A stretch of DNA of 64,000 nt from the human T2T-CHM13v2.0 reference genome, Homo sapiens: assembly GCF_009914755.1 (NCBI RefSeq), contig NC_060927.1; one strand, written 5' to 3'. Below, piece after piece: positions 19,186-32,032 of this stretch; position 1 is the stretch's first letter; the number at the start of each line of letters is the position of its first letter. Under the pieces are notes generated by a model that was not told the origin of the DNA, did not search any database, and saw nothing but the letters and a program-made list of their open reading frames with translations. Position numbers and translations under genes: made by a program.

Positions 19186-19927
19186 TGACCACAAGGGGTA
19201 GAATTTGGGTTGCTACATCGATTCTCCATAGTCTATGGCTCAACTTACTGGGAAGAGTTTCAATTATCCAGAGGAAGCTCAGGTTACAGTTGCTGATCAA
19301 TAGACTATAAACCTCCTGACTACATGTAGGAAGCATAGACGTCTCTCTTTTCCATCAGAATCATTTGAGTGAAGGAGCGCAGCTTCAGTGATGAAAATTT
19401 GTATTCCACAATCGACTCCGAAGGCCTGCGAGAGGAAGGTGAGAACATTAGTACACAAGCTATCAGGTATCACAAGTGTTATAAAGTCATCATTAGACTG
19501 GAACTAACCTCTAAAAGCAAATTAAAATCTGAGGAAAGAACATGCAAGGTCAGAATGAGATCATATATGTTGAAGACCTCATGATATATGCAAGGTTGCA
19601 GACCTCTGGGATTTTACATATTGATATGAGAAAATTGACACTTGACGTTTTGCCCAAGTTACATGTTCTCTCTGGGTAAAGATCCTAAAAACAACAATTG
19701 GATTTTAAAAAGTAAACAATACAGCAGCACCATTTGAATAGACATCACTGGTAAAATGCAGGGGCCTTCAAAGACAATACCAACATTTTCCGAAGGTGAA
19801 GTTGAAGTCATCTGGGGTTCCCATCCAGCTCAGTGTCATGGAGTGAAATTTGAAGAAATACAGTTCAACTACCAAAAGAAATGTAGAAGAAATTCCATTT
19901 AAAAAGGTCTAAATATATAACGTATGC

Positions 19928-20143
19928 CAAACTTTCTCAACATTGGCATTATTGATACTTTGTTCAGGTAATTCTTTGCTCTAGGAGCTGTACTGTGCAC
20001 CGTAGGCTGTTTAATAGCATCCCTGGCCTCTACCCACCAATGCAAGTAGTAATCTAGCTGTGAAAAACAAAAATGTCTCCACTTTGCCAAACGTGGGGTG
20101 GGGGGCAGGGGGTGGAGGAATCACTCCAGGTAAAGAACCATTG
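19928..20143. mobile_element. MER20 hAT MITE
   Basis: tttctcaac...tagcatccctggcctctacccac...aaaaatgtctcca...gaaccattg. Confidence 0.8.
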
Positions 20144-20599
20144 ATCTGTAGTAACACTTATCAAAATTCTTCCCCAACTTGCCAGAAGTTATATCTTTTA
20201 TTTTGGGTACCAGAAGATACCCTAGTAAAGTTATGAGGCTTAAACATGTGCCATTTGGCTGCCCACGGCAGTGCTTCAAAGAGCTGACTACTCTGAAGCC
20301 TGGTTACCTGGGAGCAAATTCCAGATCTACCAATTACTACTTCTGAAATGCTGGGGAGTTTACATGTTCTGTATTGTAGCATGGATCTACCTCAAACACG
20401 TGTTGTCTATCCATGAAACACATGCATCAGAGTCACCTGTGTAGCATTCTCGACATGTACAGCCCTGGGTCCTATTCCAGACTCCCTGGTTAGGGCTTGG
20501 GAATCATCATTTTTAACCTAAGTTCCACGGTCAGGAATTGTGTTCTCGGAACAGCATGCTCAGCTTTCATGTGTGTGAGTGTGTGTGTGCTTTGGCCTT

Positions 20600-21368
20600 G
20601 TTTATAGCAAAATAGACGTAACAAAATTTATCATGTTAACCATTTTAAGTGTATAGTTTGGCAGCATTAAGTACACTCACAATGTTGTGCAGTCATCATC
20701 ACTATCCATCCTGAACTTTTTCCTCTTTCCCAACCGAAACTGCACCCATTAAACTCAAATCTCTATCCCCCAACCCTGACTCCCTGACAACCACCGTTCT
20801 ACTTTCTGTCTCTATGAACTTAACTACCCTAAGTACCTTATGTAAGTAGAATCATACAATATTTGCTCTTTTGTGACTGGCTTATTACACTTAGCAAAAT
20901 ATCTTCAAGTTTCATCCATGTGTCAGAATTTCCTTCCTTTTGAAGGCTGAATATCATGTCATTGTCTTTATATACCATATTTTATTTATCCATTTATCTA
21001 TCGATGCACATTTGGATTGCTTCTACGTTTTGGCTATTGTGAGTAATACTGCTGTGCATATGATTGTACAAATACCTGTTGAAGGCTGGGTGCAGTGGCT
21101 CACGCCTGTAATCCCAGCACTTTGGGAGGCCTAGCGGGGCAGACCATTTGAGGTCAGGAATTCGAGACTAGCCTGGCCAACATGGTGAAACCCCGTCTCT
21201 ACTAAAAAAATAAATAAAAAATTAGCCGAAATGGTAGCGGCTGCCTGTAGTCCCAACTACTCAGGAGGCTGAGGCAGGAGAATTGCTTGAACCTGGGAGA
21301 CAGAGGTTACAGTGAGCCAAGATTGCACCACTGCACTTCAGGCTGGGAGACCATGCAAGATGTTGTCT

Positions 21369-21403
<35 letters not shown>

Positions 21404-21790
21404 ACGTGTTCACATACCTGCTTTCACTTCTTTTGATTGCATATGTGGAAGTGGAATTGCTGGATCATACAGTAATTTGATGTTTAATTTTGTGAGGAAT
21501 TGCCATGCCATTTGCCACAGCAGCTGCACCATTTCACATTCCCACCAGCAATGCATAAGGGGTCCAATTTCTCCACATCCTTGCCTACACTTGTTATTTT
21601 GCGGAATTCTTTTGTTTGTTTGTATTAATAGCTTTCCTAATCAGTGTGAAGTGATATCTCATAGTTTTGATTTGCATTTCCCTAAGGATTGGTGACTTTG
21701 AGCATCTTTTCATATGCTATTTAGCCATTTGTATATCTTCTTTGCTGAAATGTCTATCCAAGTCTTTTGTCATATGTTTTGAGTCATGTT
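20600..21790 (-). mobile_element. L1MB-like 3' end, interrupted by an Alu
   Basis: accattttaagtgta, ctactttctgtctctatga, gtggaattgctggatcata, tttgatttgcatttcc. Confidence 0.85.
21084..21402 (+). mobile_element. AluS
   Basis: Full dimer with ~32-nt polyA. Confidence 0.95.
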
Positions 21791-21843
21791 CTACATCATG
21801 GTGAGAAACACAAGATCTGGAGCCTCAAAGCCCTGGTCTCTAA

Positions 21844-22243
<400 letters not shown>

Positions 22244-22498
22244 TGAAGTGGGTTTTGAGAAGAAAATGAAATAATGCCCTATATAAAACACCTTGGATCT
22301 GTTGTTATTGTTTCCCATGTGGAGAATTAAGGAGATTTATTGACTATGATATTCATACATCAGAAGGAAAGCAGGAAATACTTTCAATAGCAAAATAATG
22401 AAATGATGTAAGGATATACCTACAAGCTTTCAAAGCTAATGAAAAAAGTAGCATGAGAGACCACCTCAATGCTCTCCTTGGCATAAAAGTGTTTGCTC

Positions 22499-22832
<334 letters not shown>

Positions 22833-24014
22833 TTAAAAACAAACAAAAAGGAAAACTTATAATAATCCAGGTCTTAACTTGAAACTTCTATTTGTTGGAG
22901 GATTAAATGACAAGGTGAAATAAAAATGTGTTCCATGAGATGCTCTAGGATGAACAGTCACTACAGCATATATAAACCCCAGGTACACCCTTCAACGTTG
23001 GCCTTGCTGTTGAATTGTAGTTGGGAAGGTGTTATTGTCCAGTTGGATACCAATAGATTCTTTGGATGTCCATCTTTTTATCAAATAGAACAACCCATGA
23101 GCAATTAGAAGCCAACAATACAGACAGACCACTTGGGCTTGCAAAGCCTTCCTGCTTAAGAAGGGTATTTTCTTAGACTGTATTCTCACTTTGTTTTTCT
23201 GTTGCCCCTTGGTTTCCTGGGAACACATTCTCTTGAGATCTGTGGGAAGTGCCTTTATTCTCTTGGGCTGCCTTTTTCTCACTCTTCTTGTCTGGGTAAC
23301 CCAGTAATCTTAGGCAATACCCATGGTCCTCAATCCCCATCTGTTTCCAAGAGCCTGAGATACCTGTCAAGCCACGCATGAAGTACTGAGGTGATACCAT
23401 GGAGAGAAAACCTCCAATAATGGGGAAATATGGGCAAGTGCAAGGGAAGACAGAAGGAAATTAACATTTAGTGAGTGCCTAGTGTAAAAGAACAAAAAAT
23501 TAACATGGAATGTGCATGAACTTGAGCAACTCCCCCAGCCTGCCAAAGGAAATTTTGAAATTGCCAGTCCTATTTTCCTTCTTTTCTCTTCTAAAGAGTA
23601 TGAGTTTTTCTTCTAGGAGAGAGGCCAAGTGAGTCTACATAATAAAGGGCCAAGAAAGAGAAAAATGGAGGAGGAAAGGAAAACTAAGTCACAGGTGATA
23701 GGTGGAGAATTTACTTTCAGGAAATGTTAAGGAAAGAGCCCCTGAGGAGTTGCAGTGTATGAGTGATGTGGCAGGAAAGGGAAGAGAATTTTGATAAGAG
23801 TTTCTCAAATATTTGGGCTTTCTTTAATGGAACATTTTTTTTAAAAAATTCTTTTTGGCAGTTAAACTGTGTTTTCTCAAATTTGATTCCATGATATTGA
23901 ACTATGTGGGAACCTCAGATGTATTAGAATTACACACATATGTATTATCTGCTTTTTCACATGAATTCAGTATTTTATGGACATATCATTGTATTTTATA
24001 GGATCAGTTGAACA

Positions 24015-24220
24015 CAGTGAGGCCTCTTGAGTCAGTCTGGGTTCAAAACATAGTTCAACAACTTAGCTGTGTGAACGTGGATAAGTTACTTTACCTCTCT
24101 GTGTCTTGATGTTATCATCTGGAGAATAAGACTAACAGAAATAGCTCCAAAATTTCTATGAGGAAAAAATAATTTAAAACTGTGCGGCACATAATTGTTG
24201 GTACTTGCCATTAATATTAT
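24015..24220 (+). mobile_element. MIR
   Basis: tagctgtgtgaacgtggataagttactttacctctctgtg core. Confidence 0.7.
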
Positions 24221-24281
24221 TCTTACACATGATACATTTGAAGATATTAAATAACTTGTTGAAGAGCACATAGTCTATGAG

Positions 24282-24801
24282 TAGGGTTGCCACATATAAT
24301 TCAAGAGACCTTGTTAAAATGGAATATCAGATAAACAACAAACACTTTAGTATAAATATGTCCTGAATATTACATGGGGCATACTTTTTTTTAGTTTTTA
24401 TTTTTTTTGTAGAGTCAAGGTCTCACACTCTGTCACATAGTGGCTATTCACAGGCATGATCATAGCTCACTGCTGCAGCCTCCAGAACTCCCAGGTTCAA
24501 GCCATCCTCCTGTCTCAGCCTCCCAAGTAGCTGGAACCACAAGGCTATTTTTTTCTTTTTTCTTTCTTTTTTTTTTTTTTTTAAGAAATGGAGTCTTGCT
24601 ATGTTTCCCAGGCTGGTCTCAAACTCCTGGCTTCTAGCAATCTTCCTGCCTCAGCTTCCCAAAGCACTGGGATTACAGGCGTGAGCCATCATGCCTAGCC
24701 TACATGGGGCAATACTTACACTAAAAAAGGTATTTATACTTTATCTGAAATTCAACTTTAGCTGGTGCCTGTATTTTTATTTGCTAAATCTGACCACTCT
24801 A
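24282..24801. mobile_element. MER53 palindromic hAT MITE split by an Alu-like insertion
   Basis: tagggttgcca...tcagataaacaac on the left; ttatctgaaattca...gctaaatctgaccactcta on the right. Confidence 0.8.
24386..24700 (-). mobile_element. FLAM-like plus FAM-like Alu heterodimer
   Basis: One TSD pair tacatggggca(a)tact (24371-24385 / 24701-24716). The right arm keeps the 7SL/FAM segment tggctattcacaggc. Confidence 0.8.
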
Positions 24802-25967
24802 ACCATGAAGAGTGATTCAAATCCATGCTTCCTGGCTGCCAAATCCATGTTCTTCCACTCGCTCAAAAGGTGTAGGCAGAGCCTTGGAATGGAAGTGAGT
24901 GCCAAGTGGTTCATAGACATCCAAGGAAACACTGTAAGGAGAGTATACTGAACACCTTCTATGTGTCCAAACCGTGCTCAGTGATACATGTTACATTATC
25001 AGTAACTTCTGCAACAGTTCAGTTAGATCCATGTTATCTCCATTTTACAGAAGGGAAAATTGAGAGTCTAAGACAGTAAGAAACTGACCAAGAACACAAC
25101 AGATGGAAGTAATAGAGTCAGAGTTCCAAAGTCAGACCTGCACTTGAGAACAATGATCTACCGATCTACCCTTCAGGTCATCTTCTAAGCAGTTTTTCTG
25201 GGAAGGATTTATGAGGCATAAGAAGATGACCCACTGTTTTCCTGAGAATATCTAGGAGAATGCCATTTCTCTTTGAATGACTCAGCTCTATACAGTAAAG
25301 TGAAGAATGGGCTTTCCTCTTGCAGGTTTAAATATACAGACAACGAATGTATAGATACCCTAAAGCAAAACTAATCCAAGCTGATGGTCTATGCACCCTG
25401 CATTCATTGGATGGTTGCCAGCACTGCACTTAGCAAAGGAAGGGAGTAAAGTTCCCCTCTTTTATTCCTGAGGCTGACAAAGTTAGTCATGTGACCTGTA
25501 CAAAAATATGTGTAAAGTCACCAAAATGACACACGCACAAAAGTTTGTTCACGCAGCTCTGTCAAAGCCAAATGCACTTTATAGATTTTTCCATATTTAT
25601 TTTGAGAATAGAATCTCTCTGTTTGACAGTCTGAAAAATGAAGTACCTAGGGCAAGGACTCTTCTGATATTTCTGAAATATAGAGAAACTTTTTTTTTTT
25701 TAATTCCCCCCAAATGCTATTAGCAATTTCAAGTCCTGAGTGTTTACTCATTCAGTTGAGACAGTTAAGAAGAGGCTATCATTTCCTTAGTCCAAAAGCA
25801 GATTGATATTTAACTGGGGAACTGGCTCAGTTCATAAATGACAACAATTACACTTCTGGCTGTAGACAGGAAATTCTAACGGGCCTTTCATTCAGTAGGC
25901 AAATTATTTTCTGTCACTTACAATGTGGCAGGACCCTACCAGGCACTGGGAAAATAGTGACTCATGA

Positions 25968-26228
<261 letters not shown>

Positions 26229-26651
26229 TAAAACATGAGGATACCTTTCCTCAAAAACTAGCAAATTTTGTGCTATAGTTGAAAACAAAAAAAAAGTAAC
26301 AGAAGCTGTTGAGCTATAAGAAAAAAAAAGGAAGAAAAAGTATTGAGATTGTTTAGCACATGCTTTTCCAATTTGGGATTTTTTTCACTTCTCAGTGTGT
26401 TGGCCTGTTAACTTGAGGGTAAGTATTATTCTCATCTATTCAGAAGAGGAAATATAAGTTGAGAGAATGCAAATGTTTACTAGTTTGGCTAGCCCTCCAC
26501 ATTAAGATTAGGAAAATTTTGTTTTTCTTTGACATGTATAGTTGGTACTTACGTTAGCCAGAACTTGTGTAGCTGCAATTGACAGACACTCAATTCAGAG
26601 TGACTTAAGCTAAAAAGGGCTTTTCTCAGGTCGGGAAATCAAATTGTCCAA

Positions 26652-26947
26652 GGCTGAGCACAGTGGCTCACGCCTGTAATCCCAGCATTTTTGAGGCCAA
26701 GGCAGGTGGATCACTTGAGGTCAGGAGTTCGAGAGCAGCCTGGCCAACATGGTGAAACTCTCTCTCTACTAAAAACACAAAAATTAGCCAGGCATGGTGG
26801 CAGGTACCTATAATCCCAGCTACTCAGGAGGCTGAGACAGGAGAATTGCTTAAACCTGGAAGGCGGAGGTTGCAGTGAGCTGAAATTGCACCGCAGCACT
26901 CTATCTAGCCTGGGTGACAAAGCGAGACTCTATTTCAAAAAAAGAAA
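26652..26947 (+). mobile_element. AluS
   Basis: Full dimer; TSD gaaatcaaattgtcca. Confidence 0.95.
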
Positions 26948-27899
26948 GAAATCAAATTGTCCAGAGAGTGAATCTGAATGGATCAAGGGCTCAAGTGCAC
27001 CAGGAATATTTCTTCCTTCATTTTTTGGCTCTGATTGAATTTGAAGACTCAAGGAGCTCCTAATTCACATTTTCTAGTTCAGTCAAAAAAAAAAAAGAAG
27101 ATAAAAACCTACTTTTTCCCAATGATTCCCACTAAGTTTCCATCCTGGAATCAATCATAAAAGCATTTGGGATGATGGTGTCCAAACCATGCAAGATTTT
27201 GATTGTCTGAGATTGGGGTGGGTCAACTTCACAAGAATAACAAGGACAGAGAGTGGAAAGGAAGGGTCACTCAGAAAACTGAGAGGCTGCATCATGAGAG
27301 GAAAGGGAGATGCATATTGGAAAGAGAAAAACAAAACATATCAAAAGAGTCAAAGATTTTTTATGAAGGTGTAAGAGGCAATAGTCTGCTGTCTTTAAGG
27401 TGCCCGCCCCAAACCTAGAAATGAAGTGGAAATATGGGGGATTAATGTTGACAGGGAGAATCTCCACCAACTTTTTCTCCTAGAGCCAGGGTTCACAAAC
27501 CTTACAGATCATCTTCCTGGAGAAAGTGGATGGACTTAAGTTTAGCTAAATGTGTAAATCATTGATTTCAAAGTGAGAACTGATGACAAATTATTAGATA
27601 GTACAGCAGTCTTGGGAAGCAGAGCTCAGTTAAAAAAACTTCACCACTCAGTAGCTCCGCGACCTGGAACGTGTTCACTCTCCTTCAACTTCAATGTCCC
27701 CATCTGTAAAATGGGAGCAATAATACCTACAGGGTTGTTTAGGGATGAAACATGATCACTCAAGATGCTAAGCATGGAACATGACTCACGGTAAGAGCTC
27801 AGGAAATGCTTGACATTTTGTCTTTTTTCTTTCTTTCCGTAAGAAAAATAATATGGAGACAAAGATTCAGTGCTCTTACGTGTTGATGCTCACTAGAAA

Positions 27900-28040
27900 A
27901 AGCTCCATAATTTTGAGGACCCAGTGAACAATGAAAACACGGGGGCCTTCACTCAAAGATAATTAAGATTTGCAAGATGGCAGCAGCAGAGCATTAAACC
28001 AAGTGTGGGCCCTTCTGAGCGCAGGGCTCTGTGCCACAGC
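27900..28040 (-). mobile_element. MER91A-like hAT MITE
   Basis: gcagagcattaaaccaagtgtgggcccttctgagcgcagggc. Confidence 0.7.
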
Positions 28041-29646
28041 GATTCTCACATTGTTTTTGCTAAAAGAAAAGAATGTTAAAGTAGACCACTTCTGAGTAAG
28101 AAGGGAATAGGAACATTAGCCCGGAGTCTAGTTCCTGGAGCAAAATCTTTGAGAAGGAGCTTCCATTTTCTTTCTCTACTGGGAGCAAAAGAAACTTCAG
28201 ACACGGATAAGAGGTGGACCCATTCCCAGGAGGTGCCACTTTCAATTGATTTTAAGGAGGTGTAGAAGAGAGAAAAAAGACTTCTCTTTTCTAATTTGGA
28301 TGAGAAGCTTTCTGGAGATGGAAGACAAATGACAATATGGAAAGGAATTTTCAGAGGGGTAACATTATAAATAGCTCTGAAAGCATAACAAAGTGAAGCC
28401 AATAAAAATGGATGTGCTGCACAGTCCGAAATTCCACAAAGATTCTCTTTCAACGGTATACTTTATTAATAAATCAGCTTTCTTTGCTCCATTAAAATCA
28501 TAAAGCTAAGCAATTTGTAGCTGAGTTAATGTCTTTTTTTCCTCAAAGAGCTCAGTTGAGCAACAAAGAATTGTCTTGGTCTAAGATATTTAAAAGTATA
28601 TTTTAAAAAATTTAATTCCTATAAATTAAAAAACAGAAATCTTGTTAATACCCAGCTATATATTATTCTGTAGCTCTACAACAATAACGAGGAGGAGCTA
28701 AATAATCCTCTAATCTCTGTGGGCCTCAAAGACAGATGGGAAAATCCTCTTGCTCTGCCTGATCCAGACTAATCTAAGATGATGGGAATGTTGTCCCAGC
28801 TTCAACTCGAGGGTAGGAAGCTGGGCCATGCCCTTCTCATTTTGATTTGGGTGGTAATTTAGCCTTGATGCTAACCATTTCCAGTAGCAAAATGACATGC
28901 TGCTTAGTCAATTTAAACATTAAACATTTATTTAAAATTCAGTATATAAAAAGCAGTCAACTGGGTGACAGGGACATATTTATTTTCACCTCCCAAATAA
29001 AGAGAAAAAAACTAGAGGTCTGAGAATTAATCTAAAGCAAGGCTTGCACCAGCAGTCATTGCAAGAAGCACCAGAAAGGGTTTTTGTTTGTTTTTAAGAA
29101 AAGGTAGAGATTGATAGATAGATTGATTATGGACAGGAACATTTCAAAGCAATTTTGCTTTTTCACATATCAAAAACTTAACCTCTTTCCCGGGGACATG
29201 GGAACGTGGTTAAAATGTTATCTTGTTTTTGAATGAGGAGTTTGCAATGTCGGTATTCCACATCCACACGACACGTGTCTGGCCCACGTGGAGATTTCCT
29301 CTAGGGACTCATGATCTCAGACAAGTAATAGCTCAATTAACTTCCAGGGTGAATTTGGATTTGTTAAAAAGAATTGTCAACAATTTCAATGGTTACCTCA
29401 GGGCTCTAGGTGTTCCTCAAGGCAGATTCATCCTCAAGAGAGGCAGCAAAAATTCTTTCTAATAGACTCTTGAAGACAGAGCTTGAAAAGTATGGTAGAT
29501 ACCTCTCACTATTCTTCTCCAAGTGGCTGTAATCTCAGTCAGGAAAGATTCAACACAAAATTCTGTGTATTAGAATTGCCATGAAAATACATATTTCTAG
29601 GCCACATCACCTTTCTGAATGAGATCTTAGAATTTGTTTGGGTTTA

Positions 29647-29716
29647 GGGTGTGGTGGCTCACGCCTGTAATCCTAGCACTTTGGGGGGCTGAGGATTGCT
29701 TGAGACCAGGAGTTTG
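29647..29716 (+). mobile_element. Tail-less 70-bp Alu left-arm fragment flanked by an 18-bp direct repeat
   Basis: agaatttgtttgggttta at 29629-29646 and 29717-29734. Confidence 0.85.
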
Positions 29717-29730
29717 AGAATTTGTTTGGG

Positions 29731-29734
<4 letters not shown>

Positions 29735-29775
<41 letters not shown>

Positions 29776-30051
29776 TTTAGAGACAGGGTCTTGCTTTGTC
29801 ACTCAGGCCGAAGTGCAATGACACCATCACAGCTCACTGTAGCCTTGAACTCTTGGGCAGAAGCCATCCTCCCACTTCAGCCTCCCGAGTAACTGGAATT
29901 ACTGACACATACCACCACTCCCAGCTAATTTGTTATTGTTGTTATTTTTTGTAGTTGCCTAGGCTGGTCTCAAACTCCTGGGCTAAAGCGATCCTCCCAC
30001 CTCAGCCTCCCAAAGTGCTGAAATTACGGGCATGAGCCACTGCGCCCAGCC
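29735..30051 (-). mobile_element. AluJ with (TTA)n tail
   Basis: About 14 TTA units followed by AluJ-type arms. Confidence 0.9.
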
Positions 30052-30252
30052 CTGGAACTTGTATTTTTAAAACTTTCCATGATAATCCTGACTTGAGACC
30101 ATTTAACTCTGTACAACTCAGTCCTTCTGCTCTCAATGTATAACAGATTATTCCTGCTTCACCTGCATCAGCCTTCACTGCAATTATTTTCCATCCTTGG
30201 GAGGCCTACAAGCAGGTTGGAGTGTGTATTCCTAAGTAGTGCATATTAAAAT

Positions 30253-30476
30253 AAGGGTCAACAAACGATGACCCAGAAGTCAAATCTGACCAGCACTCTA
30301 TTTATATAAATAAAGCTTTATTGGAACACAGCCATGCCCATTTGTTTATATATTGTCTATTGCTGCTTTCACACTATATGGTCAGATTTGAATAGCTGCT
30401 TCAGAGACTGTATGATCTTCAAAGGCTAAACTATTTGCTTTCTGACCCTTTTCAGAAAATGCTGTGAACCTCTAGT
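30253..30476. mobile_element. MER58A hAT MITE
   Basis: aaataaagctttattggaacacagccatgcccatttgtt core. Confidence 0.8.
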
Positions 30477-30482
30477 TTAGAA

Positions 30483-30650
30483 GATAATAATAGCTAAATT
30501 TTTTGGGAGTTTATCACATACTTAGAATCGGACCAACTGGTAAAAGGAAGTCCTATAATGCAGTCAAGGCTACCCAGCCAGTGAGAAGCAGAGCTAAGAT
30601 TTAACCTCTAGCCTGGAGCTCACACTCCTTTAGTTACTGTTCTGTGCTGC
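30483..30650 (-). mobile_element. Degraded MIR with internal deletion
   Basis: aataatagctaa start; aaggctacccagccagtgagaagcagagctaagatttaacc. Confidence 0.55.
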
Positions 30651-31669
30651 GCAAGACTTCATCAAATCCCTGCCTTGGCTAGAAGTAAAGCCCAGCCTAC
30701 CCATGAAGGGTATCACTTAACTAAATGATTTATTCACTTGGATAAAAGGAAGGATTGGGCTGGATTTTAACCCAGCCATTAATAAGCTTGTTAACCCTGA
30801 CCTTTCAAATCAATCTTCTATATTTACCTTTACCTTTTAAGAAGGATTCAATCATTTTCCAGTGATAAAGCACATTTTCTTCTTCTTACGATCTAGTGAT
30901 CACTTGCTGTAATACTAGACATCAGAGCAGTCCATCAAACCATTAGTTACACATAAAACCTGTTAATATACAGTATTCACAGTCGCATTTCTTTCAAGTC
31001 AATAAAAAGAAAACAATTTATTATAAGGGTCCTGATATCTACCTTGGTGCAATAAGAGAGTCTTTCCCAAAGAGTTACGTGTTATGCCAACCATATTTAG
31101 GGTCCAAGGTAGTTAGGATAAGCACCACAAGCCTATGCTTCTCTCATTGACTTGGTCACTTAGAGCTGTGTGGTCTGGCTGGGGACCAAAACTTCCTATG
31201 TATTGATTATTTTCATCTGTAAAATAGGGATGACACCACCTACCTTGAAGAGTTTTATGGAGATTAAACTTCAAAACTTATATAAAATTAAGTAGGATGA
31301 ATGCAGAATAAGTAATCAACACGTAACTTATGAAACTATTTTTTTTCTCCAAACCTAAAGATACTCAATCATCTAAATGTTAAATTTTGCTGTGGAAGAA
31401 TTCTCAAATTCCCCTAAAGCAGCCTTCTTTGGGCATCCAGCAAACCTGAACAAAGGGATTCTAGGAAAGCATCTCAGACTACAAATGTCAATCATCTATC
31501 TCAAAGAAAAGGGAGTACTTCAACAAAAGTTGCAAATTTTTAAAATATACTTTTAATCCTCAAAACTAGCCAGAGATCAGCCTGCTCTACTAGTCTAGTC
31601 CTCACCACTGAATGCCTAACCTCTAGATTTCCAGCCACAGAAATGTGCAATTAAAAAAAATTACCATGT

Positions 31670-32032
31670 TGATACGGTTTGAATGTGTCCCACCCAAATC
31701 TAACCTTGAATTGTAACTCCCATAATCCCCACATGTTGTGGGAGGGACCTGGTGGGAGGTAATTGAATCATGGGGCAAGTCTTTCCCGTGCTGTTCTTGT
31801 GATAGTGAATAAGTCTCATGAGATCTGATGGTTTTATAAAGGGGAGTTCCTCTGCACACACACTCTTGCCTGTTGCCATGTAAGATGTACCTTTGCTCCT
31901 CCTTCACCTTCCACCATGATTGTGAGGCCTCCCCAGCCATGTGGAACTCTGAGTCCATTAAACCTCTTTTTCTTTATAAATTACCCAGTCTTGTGTATGT
32001 CTTTATTAACAGTATGAGAATGGACTAATACA
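31670..32032 (+). mobile_element. THE1 (THE1B-like) solo LTR
   Basis: TG...CA ends tgatacggttt...gactaataca; 5-bp TSD catgt/catgg. Confidence 0.92.

Noticed and set aside
24282-24801. MER53 as a miR-1302-type hairpin
   Set aside because: The arms are diverged and separated by a 315-bp Alu-like insert, so a pre-miRNA is unlikely.
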